DNA of 64,000 nt, taken from positions 930,001 through 994,000 of the forward strand of contig MCFH01000007.1 of assembly GCA_002104945.1 (NCBI GenBank). Reading direction: 5' to 3'. The translations under genes were made by a program, and so were the position numbers. The notes beneath the pieces are model-generated. The model worked only from the letters and a program-made list of their open reading frames with translations, did not search any database and was not told the DNA's origin. Of this stretch, positions 38,800 to 51,916 are shown piece by piece; the stretch's first letter is position 1, and each line of letters opens with the position of its first letter. This DNA comes from Piromyces finnis finn (taxonomy: Eukaryota; Fungi; Neocallimastigomycota).

Positions 38800-40498
38800 C
38801 TTACAACATTGGTATTAAAATTATTATTAATATCTTTATTTTTATTTTAATAATATCATCTAATCTATCACAATTAATATATAATTTTTTAATACTTAAA
38901 CAGTTAACTATATAATTAAAGAGAACGAACTTCAAGAACAGGAAACTTATATAGGTATAATGTTAATTTTATGAAATTTTACAAAAAATATAAAATTTGT
39001 AAAAAAAAATTAATTTTTTTTCTCTTCAATTATAACAGAAAAACTTAAGGATAAAATATCACCTGCTTCAACATTTGAAAAGTATGTTTAATAATATATA
39101 TATTAAATAATATATTAATTATAAACATCCTATTATTTTATTTATTTTATTTACTATAGAAAATCAGATTCCATTCAAAAAATTAATTTTCTTTCAATTG
39201 ATCCTATAGTTAATGAACTAAGGTAAAATATATATAGCAAAAATAAAAATAAATAAATAAAAACTAAATTATAATATATTTTATTTTAATAGACACCATT
39301 TATTAAAAGAAAAAAACTATCTTTTGAAAAAGATTGATCTCTACCACGATTTACTAGATAATGAAAAATCATATAGAACAAAGTATGCCTTAAAAAAATC
39401 ATAAAAAATTTTAATACTTTCAAAAATTAAAAAAATTCACCAATGATACTAAAAATTTTTTTAAAAAAAATATAAAATAAATGTAATTATATCATCTTAG
39501 AATTAAAGATTTTACAAACCAAGAATTACCAACCTTAAAAGCATTTCAAGAAGCTTCAAAAGAACTATTTGTAATATTATAATTACTATATACTATATTA
39601 TATATTATATATACTTTAAATATTAGGAAAAAACTCATATATTCATTTATACTCTTTATAATTTATAAATAAAAATAAGGATAATATTCAAAAAGAGAAA
39701 GAGGAATATAATTTTAATTTAATCTTTAATAATAAAAACTTTAAAAGTAGGGATATATATAATTTAAATTATATATAAAAAAATAGCAATCGTATCAATA
39801 TAGAATTAATATATTAGATAAAATATTTATACTAATAAATTAAATAAATATGTATTATGTAATTAGAAACTAAAGAAGAGATAATAACTGTAGAAAAAGA
39901 AGAAATATCAGAAATCAAGTCAATTCCAAATTACAAAAACCAATATCATGAGAGTTCACTTTATGATAAAATAAATATGAATCAACTTTCTTTAAAGAGT
40001 AACGATGATAATGGTGATAATAGAAAAGATGAGAAAGAAAAATCTTCTATCATTAAAGTATATTATCATCACAGAAAAAATAGTAAGGAAAAAAGAACCA
40101 GTAAACAAAATACAAAACTTAAAAAGAAAAAATATAATTCTCTACCTAGTAGTGAATCCATGCCAAGAAATAAGTCAATAAATAATATGACTGATAATAA
40201 TGAATCAAAAAGTATTTCAAGGTCACCCTCTACCCCTACTCTTCATAGATCACCCTCTAAAGAATATTTACCAATTGCTTCAAATACTCAAATACCATTA
40301 ACACTTCCTTTAACCTCATTAGTACCTTCAATAAACTTACCTTTTTCATCTACCCCAATAAATAAAAAAATTATTTTAAATCCTATCATACCTCATCCAC
40401 CTATCAAACCAATAAAAAATGATAAAATATTTTCTAGGAAACGTTATTGTGCTGTTCCTTCCTCTGCCTCAATTGTTACTTCTTCAAAATTAGCCTAA
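38800..40498 (+). CDS. Hypothetical multi-exon protein (helical N-terminal part, Ser/Pro-rich tail); start unresolved
   Basis: Series of short GT-AG-bounded coding-like exons (about 38.9-39.75 kb) leading into the 39977-40498 ORF; no recognisable domain. Confidence 0.5.
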
Positions 40499-41602
40499 AT
40501 TTATACCTAAATATCTTAGAACTTAATAGGAAGAAGAATAGATACTTGATTATTATTCAACGTAAACTAATTTCTCTTTTTACTTAATTTATAAAATGAA
40601 ATAAAAAACCAAATTCGATATTGAAGAATTATATAATAATTATAACCTAAGCAAAAAATAATAGATATTTAATTTTATTCATTTATTATCCTTTATACCT
40701 AATAATATATAATAACTTGTACTGTATTGAATAAAAATATATAAATATTATATATATTTCTTTTCTTATTAACAGTAATTATATTTATATAAAAAACACA
40801 TTAAGCTATCAGGAAATCAGCAGTTAAATTAATAATATTTATTAATAATTGATAATAAAATAAAATAATCGATGTAGTGTTAAATATTATAATTTAAATG
40901 TATTATAACTCACTATATATAAATACATATATATATGGTATTGAATGGAAAAATTACAATATTTTAAAAAATATTTTCTATTTTCTAATTATTGCAAAAT
41001 TTTATTAAATAAAATTAAGCATTATATCTATTTTAAAATTATATATATTGATAGAATATTGATAGGTAAACTTTTTTAATAGTGTAGATTGTTAATTTTC
41101 CTAAACTTTATTGTAATAAAATTTTCTTTTAATACATTTATTATTAAAATCATTAGCATTAAAGTTAACTTTAACTAAAGTTTTTTTGTTAAAAAATTAT
41201 ATTCATTTAATTAAAAAAAAAAAGGTATCATTTATCTATTAATATAAATGAATAAATTTTAAAATTTAAAATTTAATATATAGTTTTTATTAAAAATTGA
41301 AAATTTTAATATTTTATAAGTGTGTTACTTTTCTTCGAGGAATACTATTTAAAAGGTGTGAGAGGAAATTTCTAATATAAATAAATATTAAAGTATGTTT
41401 TCATTTTCATGATATAAATAACTATAAAACATGATTAAATAAAAAGTAATATATATATAATAAATAGTTAGTTTACTAATAAGAAATATATATATTAAAA
41501 TAATAGTTTATTGAAATTCACATTCTAAAATTTAAAATTTTAAACTAAAAGTAAAAATGAAACTTAGTTTTATAATAGTTTGAGAATTAACCAAAATAAA
41601 AA

Positions 41603-41636
<34 letters not shown>

Positions 41637-42281
41637 TTTTATTCTACTTATTTTATAATATTTATTGGTTATATATACTATACAATATATTTTTTTTTTT
41701 TTTTTGAAAATAATATCCCATATATATAATATATAATTTATAAAAAAGTTATGTTTTACATTAAAAATTTAATAAACTTTTTTTAAAAAATAGTAATTTA
41801 AAAAGGCAATAAATAATAAAACATTATTAATACTAATTAACTATTGTTATTTCTTTATTTCTTTCATTATTAAACATATTATTATTGTATACATAATATT
41901 TCATTTATTCATTCAAAAGCCTTAAATTGTAAGGAACCATTTCTTCAAAGTACAATTGAAAGTAACATAAAGCAGGAAAAAAATAAATATATATATAAAT
42001 AAATAAATTTATATTGCCATTTAATCCTATGCATAAATAAAATATAATTTTTAAGATAATTTAATAAAATTAAAAAAAAGTAAAAAAAGATATCATACTT
42101 ATTTCTTTATGTCAAATAGTAAAAACAAAAAAATAGAAATATAAAATAACGTATATATCTATATATCAATAATAATTTCAATATTTTGAATTAATTCTAT
42201 AAGATATATCCACATATTTATTATAAACTATACAACACTCTAAATGTTAAATAATAATAATTAAAAGTAAATAAATAGAAG

Positions 42282-43496
42282 ATGAGTCTTTTAACCGATC
42301 CTTCATATTTAATTTATCAAATGCGATTAGCATTAATAAATAATGATCAGACAGCTAAAAAAATTGTCACTTTACCAATATATTCAGAAGACGATTATTT
42401 AGTGTATTCAAATTCACCAGAAGACAATACCTATTCTTCCTCACCCAACATCACTATGATGGGAAGTGATTTATACCAAAGTAAAAAAGGAAAATTATCT
42501 TTTTCACCTTTTTTAGGTTCTGCTACAGTAAGAAACCAACATCCTTCTCAACAACAGTTATCAAAAATGAATAAATTAACAAAGTCATCACAAACAAGTA
42601 GCAATAACCTTCAACCACCACCACAGAGAAATGAATCAGGTAAGAATATTTCGCAAATCGATAGTAATATTAAAGTGGATGCTGAGCAAGATAAATCAAA
42701 CGCAAATAATAATATAATTAATGCCAGTACACTTATAAATAAGAATCTTAATTCACAAGCCAATACTAATACTTCTTATATTAATTCTACTACAAATAAA
42801 ACCAAAAATTTAATGGACGATAATGATATCACTAATTCTAATATTAACAATAATAATAACAATAACAACATTAATAATGATGAAGATTCAAATTCATGTC
42901 GGTCTACTAATTCATTACAACTTGATGATGAAGAAGATGGAGAATACAATGACTCACTTTCATCTTCAAATGATTCAAGTGTAAAAGAACCAACGGAAGC
43001 ACCAGTCATCACTGAGAATCTATTTATCAAACAAAAACACCTTTTAACCATTGATGGTGGACGTTCAATACCTAAAAATAAACCATTGGTTTCCAATCTA
43101 TCACAACTTCTTAAACAAAACAACAGTTCATCCAATCCATTCGCTGATTATAGATTCTTTGTAATTTTTTTATTATATATATAATTATTGATAACCTTAA
43201 AACATTCATTCATTTATACATATATACATTATACATTACTAATCATATCTATATATATCTCCTCTCTTTTTTTTTTTTATTTATTTATTTATTATTTATT
43301 CAATATATTATCACTATTGAATATATTATGGAATAAAATAATAATATATATTTTCATTCTTTAAATTATTGATATTAAAATGATAATAATAATAATAATA
43401 AATTAAAAATATTATTTATGCAATTCTTCAAATTATACATATCAACATATAATGAATTAAATATTTATTAATAACTTTCGTATCATAAAATATATG

Positions 43497-43527
<31 letters not shown>

Positions 43528-45386
43528 GTGGTAAAGGCGATCCTGATTCTATGAAATTAATGATTTATTTACCATTTTCAGATGATCCAGAAATACCTCT
43601 TGAAATCATGGTAAAAAAAACAGCTAATGTAGAAGATGTTATTGGTTACTCCTTATATGAATATAATGAAGCAGAAAGACAACCACCGATTACTGATGAT
43701 ATGGATGTTCCATATTGGAATATGAGAATTGTAGAAGATGATGGAGAAATTGACGAAGATTTTCCAGGTAAGGTTTCAAAATATAATAAAACTAGTAAAA
43801 TTTTGATTAAAATTGCATATTAACTATTTATATGTATTGATCAATGTTGTGTTTTTTTTTTTTGTTTGTTATCAAAAAATAAAAAAAGCTTTGGAAAGGT
43901 CAAGAAAAATTCAAAAATTTGCGTTCGATTCTTTTGCTATTTGTAAAGCATCTCAAGCTGAAAGTAAATATTTAATAATGTTTAATACTAAAATTTATAT
44001 AAAATATAAATAGTAATTGAATTAATGTTAAAAGAAGTACAAAATAAGAGAAAAAATAATATAATATTTTGTTATCAAATTATTTCTATTTAATACTTTT
44101 TGATACTAACTCTATATTTTAGTTTCTAAAAATCTTACTGTTAGAAATGCAATGCAAGCTAAATCAATTACTAATATTTCTAAACCAGCTGCAGATGTTG
44201 CTGTAACAGGAGATGGATCATCTAAAACTTACTTTATTCGCGTTAATCTTTATTCAACTTTAGAAGTAAAGCAAACAACAACTCAGCAATTCCCATCTAA
44301 TATGCTTTTAAGAGATGTCTTTAATAGTATTTGTCAAAAAAGAAAATATGATATTAAAGATTATGTTTTGAAGATGGCAGATACCAAAACAGATGTACCT
44401 TTAGATAAAACTTTGGAACAAGCTAAGCTTCAAGAAATTTGTGTTCTAAAGAGAGATCGTGGAGGAGGTAATATATTTTTATTTTTATTTTTTAATAAAA
44501 AAAGTTATATTTATCATGCATTATATGTATCATAAAAATTAATCTCACCTATTAATAACATTTTAATTTATTTTTTTTCTTATTATTGATTTTTATTTTT
44601 ACTTAATTTTTAGCTGGTGATATTTTCTTAAGACCTCCAGATGAAAAAGATCAAAATAATATTGATTCACTTGGTTTAGGTCAAGATGATTATGCCTCTA
44701 TTTATAAGGTTTATATTAAGCAGTATAAAAAATTAACCAAAAAAAAAAAAAAATTTAAACCTAACAATATATCCTTTTTATATACATGATAATAAAAAAA
44801 AAAAAATAGCAATGGACTGTCAGTTATAGACACTTTATGGGAAAAAGTGAATGTATATTAATTATTGATGGTGAATATATTTACATTACTAGTAATGAAA
44901 ATAAATTTTTGAAAAAGGTAATAATATAAAAATAATAATACTATTTTCTCACAAAATAATAACTAATAAATTATTGTTGATTTTTCATTTCGCTAATTTA
45001 AACTAATTCATATTATAATATTTCTTATTTCTTATTTTTAATGTAATAATAAATAATAATAATAGACTTCATATCATATTGGTTCAGTTGAAATGTGTCG
45101 TACTCATCATAAAAATAATTCTATTATTAAATTTATTATTAAAAGAACTCATGATACCAAATCGTATGAATTTGAAGCCGCCTCTAGTCAAGAAGCAGGT
45201 AATTATCATTACAAATCATGAAATAAAATCATTAAAATACAAAAATACAAATATAATATATATTAAATAATTCATTTATATATTAATAATCCACATAATA
45301 AAAAATTATATAAAATGTTAACAGAGGAAATATGCATGCGAATAAAAATATTGAATGAAAAAATAAAGAGAGAACACAATTTATGA
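42282..45386 (+). CDS. SIN1: TORC2 subunit Sin1/Avo1 (N-terminal, CRIM, RBD-like and PH domains)
   Basis: MSLLTDPSYLIYQMRL; SNLSQLLKQNNSSSNPFADYRF; TANVEDVIGYSLYEY...WNMRIVEDDGEIDEDFP|ALERSRKIQKFAFDSFA; IDGEYIYI. Confidence 0.93.
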
Positions 45387-48300
45387 TGATCTCCTGAGTA
45401 TAAAGAAAAAGAAAAGAAAAAGAAAAGAAAAACAATTCGTTGTTTAAAAAGTAATATTATAAAAAAATATTTTAAAATATTATTATTTTATTATTAATAA
45501 TATATAAAACAATAATTCAATAGTTTTTTTTTTTTTTTTCAAAATTAAGAAAATGATTAAATATAAAGAATTATAAAATGTTTTAAATATAATCATATTT
45601 AAATAAAAACTGTACTATATCTTAACAATAAATAAAATTAAAATATATATGTATTAAATTTCATTCTTTTATATTACATTTTTAAAAAATGTATATTTTA
45701 TATTTTTCATTTTACAATCAAAATGGATAAAATAATAAAATATTTATCATTAAATTCTATAACTTTTTTTAAAAAAAAAATAATTTTAACAAGTTAAAAA
45801 TACATTTTTCTTTTTTTAAAAAAAAAAAAAAGAGTTTATTTGTAATAAGTGTATACTTTTAAACCAACATTTAAAATTGCTTTTTAAAATAATGGTATTT
45901 TTTTATTATCATTTCTCTCCTTCCTCTTATAATTAAAAATAAATGAATTATTATTATTTATTTTTGATTTAAAGAAATAACATTAAAGAAATTTAAAAAA
46001 GAACAAAAAATATAAATTTTGCATATTATTTAATTAATACATATAAATATAAAAATAATACATATTTTTCCTTTTATCTCTCATTTATATTTATTACATT
46101 AAATATTAAAATTTTATAACATTCATTATTATTTAAATTTAATTACATTTAAATAAATTTAAACTTTAAATTTAATTATAAAAGTATTTTAAATAATAGT
46201 TAAAAAAATTTAATTAAAGAATTTTAAATAAATTTAATATGTACTTTTATATATTCAATTATTTTCTTTTTTTTAAAAAAAAAAAAAATTAATTCCTTTG
46301 TTATATACAGCGAAAATAATAAAATAAGTATTATTGTAATAATAACCTTTAATATCATTAATTAATTATTTTTTATATATGTGTATAGTAAATTAATCCT
46401 AAATATTGCTGAATTAATTAAATGTAGATAATTAAATAAAATATAAAATTCATATTTAATATTTTATTATCATTATGAAATTGAAGTTAATATTACTTTA
46501 ATTAGATTAATTGTTAAGTCGTTTCTATTTAAAAATATGTTTTTATAATTTTTTTATCTATTTTTTATTCATTTTATTTTAGAATTATTTGAATAATTTG
46601 AAAGAAGTATTTAATTAAAAATAATTAATTTAATCAATTAATTAAATAATTAAATGAATATTAAGTTATTTATTATTCATCAGTTAAATAACTCATCTAC
46701 ATGGATTGAACAATAATAATAATTCATACTAATAAAAAAAAAAAAAGACAAATTTTTATTTTAATTGTATATTTTCTTTATAAAACGAAGAGTTTAATTC
46801 ATGGAAAAAAAATATATTTAAATTTTATTTAGACTTTCATTTTGATACATTTGTACGATAATATACATTGCTTCTTATATTTGTAGCAAATAAATTATTT
46901 TTTTTTTATATTATTATAAATATATTTATAATATTTTCAATTACCAATTTAAATTTATGAATTCTTTAATTTATTATTATTACTATTATAATACTACTAT
47001 TCATCAATTTTGATTGACATATATTTTTAATGGATGATTATATTAATTATTCATTTAGTTATTCATTCATTTATTTATTAATAAGTTATTTATCTATTTT
47101 CTTTTATTTAACAAAGAATTTGTGTGACAATAAAACTAAATACGAAACTAATCATCTTGAAGAATATTCATTTATTTTTTAGTTGGTCATATGGTAATAT
47201 AAAACAATAATTAGACTCTGTTAAAATAAAAGTTATTTTGAAGAAAATATGTAAAAAAAGAAAAAAGAAAATAAAAAAAAAAGAATTTGATTATATTTTA
47301 ATTAGTTTTATCATTTAGTCTTTTAGCTTTAACATTGACTTTAAAAATAGTAAATGAATTTATTTAGAATTTTGTTGTTATTTTTGGGTTGCTATATATT
47401 ATTAAGCATGTTGATGATGATTAACATTTTTAAAGGAAAAGAATAGTTGATGTTAATACACACAAATAAAAAAAAATAAAAAGTCTTTGTAATCTTAATT
47501 TCATCACCAATAAGTTATAGTTTTTTAATATTAAAAGTAATTGTTTTATTTCTATATATATAATACTTTTTTAAAAAAAAATATAATTTAAATCTTTTTT
47601 TTCATTTTTCTAGTAATATAAATTTAAAACTATTAAACTATGAGACAAGAATTACTAAATAGGAATAGATATAAAAGCTTTATTTTTTCTTTTTTAAATA
47701 ATTTCCAGAGAATTGTAACAGTTATGGTAAAATATGAAACTTTAATTAAATTTAAATAAAAATATGTTTTTATAAAAGAATGGTTTAAGATGTATTTCAC
47801 ATGATATTTTGTACTAGTTTAATGCATTTGTTATCATTGTTTTGGTATCAGCATTATTAAGCAATATTATAGCATTTATCACTCATACATCTAATCTCTA
47901 TCATTAAATAGTAATATCATGATGCTAGTATGGTATTGAAAATGGACTATAATTACTAGTAATCTATGCTTTAATTTACAATTTTTTTCTTTGCTGACGA
48001 CCTAACCAATAAAGACAGCTAACCCCCTTAGATTCTTTACCATACCTTTTTTTTTTTTTGTTTTTATTATTTAAAGACATTCATCAATCATCACCATTTA
48101 ATTACTGCCATATATTATTAATTATTATTCAATATTATAGTTTATATTATTAAACTCCTTTATTTTATATTATATACGACTAATTTTACTAATATATGGA
48201 TAATCCTTATGAGTGTGAATTTATTTATTTTGATTATATTTTTATATATTTAAAGATTGACTTAATATATATGTAATATATAAATAATAAATGTTACAAT

Positions 48301-49349
48301 AGAAACTTTAAAAGTATATTTATTTAGTTTTATATTAAACTATATTTTATTACCTTAATAAATAAATAATTTATATATAAATAGATAAATAGTATAAAAT
48401 TTAATCAATTTCATTTTGTCATTTAATTGGCTGATAATAGTTAATTTAAAATAGTATTATATAGTTTATTACATTTTATTATTTATTATTTTATTTTATG
48501 TATTATTCATTTTTTTAATTTATGTTATAATACATATAATAAGTACATAACCTTATTTTTTATTAAAATAATAATACAATAAATATTAGTAATAATAAAA
48601 AAAGGTATATTATTGATATATTGAGCATTAGATTAATTAAATTTAAATTTTATATTGGAATTTAATTAAAATTGAAATTCATATATAAAATACAAAATTT
48701 TTTTGTTTTCGTAAATTTTAAAATAGAATCTCTCAGAAGTTAAAATATTCAATCAATAAAGAACAAAAAAAGAGAAATAAATTTTTGGTCCATATCCAGC
48801 AAAAAATTTTTCTTTTTAATCCATCAATAACTATAAGGAGATAATAGATAAAAAGTGAGTCTCTAAATGAACGATTTTTATTATATATAAATAAAGAGAG
48901 GTGGAAAATTAAATGCTCTAAAAAAAAAGTAGAAAAAAAATAAACAAAAAATAAAAAAGTAAAATATATAAAAGTAAATAAAATAAATAAATAAAAAAAC
49001 TTTTTTGAAAAATAAAAAATTGAAATATATATGTATAAAAAATATAAAGAAAGTAAAAAAAAAATAAATAAATAAAGGAAGTCAATAAAGTAGAATAGAT
49101 AAAACAATAATAATATAAAATAAAATTAAAAATATTAAGAAAACATCTTTAAGAAAAAAATAATTGATCAAAGATGGTTATGATCAAAGAATTTAATTTA
49201 ATAAAAAATAAAACAAAATAAAATAAAATTGTGCATAAAAATAAAAAAATGCTTATAAATAAATGGATCATAATTTAGTAAAATTAAACATTTATAATTA
49301 AAATATTAATTGTTTAACGCATTATTTTATAAATTTTTAAAAGGGGATA

Positions 49350-50392
49350 ATGTCTGAACAAGAAAACAACGCTACTCAAGCCGCTAACACCGAAGCTAAG
49401 GTTGAAGAAAACGTCTTCAAGGTTTTCGTTGGTAACATTTCTTTCCAAACTACTAACGATCAATTAAAGGACTTCTTCAAGTCTGCTGGTGATGTGTATG
49501 TAAAGACTATTAATATAATTATACAATAAAATTAAGTGGAATATATAAAAGTTATTAATTAGAATTTATGTTATAATTATTAAAAATAAATAGTAAGGAT
49601 GCTAATATCATTACTCGTGGAACTAAGTCTCTCGGATATGGATTTGTTTCATACGCTACTGAAGCTGAAGCTAACAAGGCTGTCGAAGAATTCAACAAGA
49701 AGGAATTAGACGGAAGACAAATCAATGTTGAAATTGCTAAAACTAAGAGTCCAGAAGAACGTAGAGGTGGTTACCGTGGTGGAAGAAGAGGTTACCGTGG
49801 TCGTGGTTACCGTGGTTACCGCAGAAGAGGTGGTTACCGTGGTGGTTACCGTGGTAGAAGAGTAAGTATTTATTTTGTTATAATCAGAACAATTAGAATA
49901 TAAGTATATTAAAAATTTTATTTATTTTAATAATAGGACAATGACGGTGAAAACGAAGGTCGTCCAAGATACAGAGGACGTGGTCGTGGTTACCGTGGTG
50001 GTCGTGGTCGTGGTCGTGGTGGCCGTTACTACCGCCGTGGACGTTACTACAGATACAGACCACGTAAGTCTAACCCACCAACTGGTGAAGTTTCCGAAAC
50101 TACCATCTACGTTGCTAACCTTCCATTCAAGTTAGATGACGAAGACTTAAAGAAGGCCTTCTCTAACTACAACGTTGAATCCGCTAAGGTTATTCGTTAC
50201 AAGAGTGGAAGAAGCAAGGGATTCGGTTTCATTAAGGCTAAGACTCAAGAAGACCAACAAAAAATCCTTAACGAAGTTACTGAATTAGAAATTGAAGGTC
50301 GTAAGTTAATCATTAAGATTGCTTTAGCTAGTCAACAACCAAGAGAAGAAGCTAACAACGCTAAGGCTGAAGAAACTCCAGCTCAAGAATAA
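49350..50392 (+). CDS. RRM-RGG-RRM RNA-binding protein, Sbp1-like (3 exons; not in the ORF track)
   Basis: KVFVGNISF (RNP2), LGYGFVSY (RNP1), RGGYRG repeats, TIYVANLPF, KGFGFI; strong C-ending codon bias suggests high expression. Confidence 0.9.
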
Positions 50393-50886
50393 ATTAGTCG
50401 TAGATCATAATTAACTTATAAAATATATAGTAAATAATGAACATTAAAATATAAAATATAAGAAATTATATTTTTATAAACTCATTTATTTTTTATAAAG
50501 AAAAAAAGAAAATAAGAAGAAAAGAATTATTTATGAAATGATTTAAGTTTGCTTAATTTTGATAATTGTACAATTTAATTAATATAATAGATAATTTTTA
50601 CTATTCTTTTCTCTTTTTTTTTTTTTTTTTGTTTTTAATATAATTTTTAATTATACATATTTCACAACACATAAATTTATTTTAAATAAAAAAAAATTAT
50701 AAACAAAAAATCAAATATAAATAATACAAAACATAAAACTAAATTTTTTGATATTTACTTGAAATTTTAGTGTAAATAAAAAAAAGTTGTTTAGGTGTAG
50801 ATATTAGTTGTTTTTTAGCTATTTATTAATATAATATTAAATTTTGATTTTGTAGCATAAAATATTGTTTGTTAAAGAATATAAAA

Positions 50887-51025
50887 TTGCAGATGATATA
50901 GTTATTTGTGCTCCAACAAGAGGATGCTTAAAAAAGATGTTTAGAAGAGTTAATGAATGGGCATTGTATAATGAAATGGAATTTGGTATTCAGAAATGTT
51001 CAACGATGGTGATTCGTCCTGAATC
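50887..51025 (+). repeat. 139-bp copy of the LINE RT region (matches 54822-54960)
   Basis: 2 mismatches in 139 bp; begins within the FADD codons; abuts the LINE 5' end. Confidence 0.92.
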
Positions 51026-51272
51026 CCCTCTTGGGAACGTGCCTTCATTTATTTAATAAATGTAGTTTCTCAAGGGGGTCTACTCATGCTCATGGTACTG
51101 AGAGAGTAGAAAGAATTAAATCCAAGTATTGCGCAATGGATGCTTGGTGCCCTCTTAGGAATGTGCCTTCATTTATTTAATAAATGTAATTTCTCAAGGG
51201 GGTCTACTCATGCTCATGGTACTGAGAGAGTAGAAAGAATTAAATCCAAGCATTGCGCAATGGATGCTTGGT
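51026..51272 (+). repeat. Tandem 124-bp duplication of the LINE 5' terminus
   Basis: Units start at 51026 and 51150 with 4 mismatches; each folds into three hairpins. Confidence 0.9.
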
Positions 51273-51916
51273 TAGTCTTCAAGGGAAAATTATTAGGACT
51301 AAGCTCATGGTACTGAGCGATTAAAAAACATTTTATTCATCAAATTTAAGTATTTAATGAATAAGTGAATGTTTGATTTTTCAGGTAAGTTTGTATAGTA
51401 TTTAATTAGAAGAGTAATACATTTTGTTGCTGTATTTTTTCTTTTATTCATGTATTCATGTAGTACTACTCTTCTCTTGTAAGAATCCAATGTAGTCAAC
51501 TTTAGCATTTGCATTGTATTTTTATATTCATGTAGCTATTGTTGTATTGTTTCTTGTAAGAGACTGATTCACTCTACATCATGTAAAAATACTATTCACA
51601 AGCTTTCTGGTGTCGACATTCTTGATTCAAATTTTTTACCAATTTAAATATTTAATGAAAAGTAAAGTCAAACAAGTTTAGTGTCAAAAAGCGAATCGAA
51701 TTTACTAACAACAAACCAAAACTAGAATTTTTAAAGAAAATTTACAACTAGAATTCAAAAAAAAGAAACTTTAAACAAAGCATCGTAACAATTTTTGTTC
51801 TATCCAGTACTTTTAAGAAGAGAGAGAGAGACAGATTTTTTTCCATATACGTTATATTTGTAATTTTTATTAGTATTTATTTTATATTCAATATTTTTTA
51901 ATTAGAATTTATTATC

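Noticed and set aside
47620-48050. Ancient LINE relic suggested by an FADDL reading
   Set aside because: Too short and stop-ridden to support without a profile search.
48733-49107. Phe/Leu-rich ORF and similar ORF-track entries (59685-59969, 55870-56064, 55902-56090, 49941-50135)
   Set aside because: Low-complexity, microsatellite or off-frame shadows of real genes.
51026-51320. CRISPR array, or an LTR end plus tRNA PBS (CA-TGGTACTGAG)
   Set aside because: Only two spacer-less units; the TGG motif is a hairpin loop that differs in the 15116 copy and heads a LINE.
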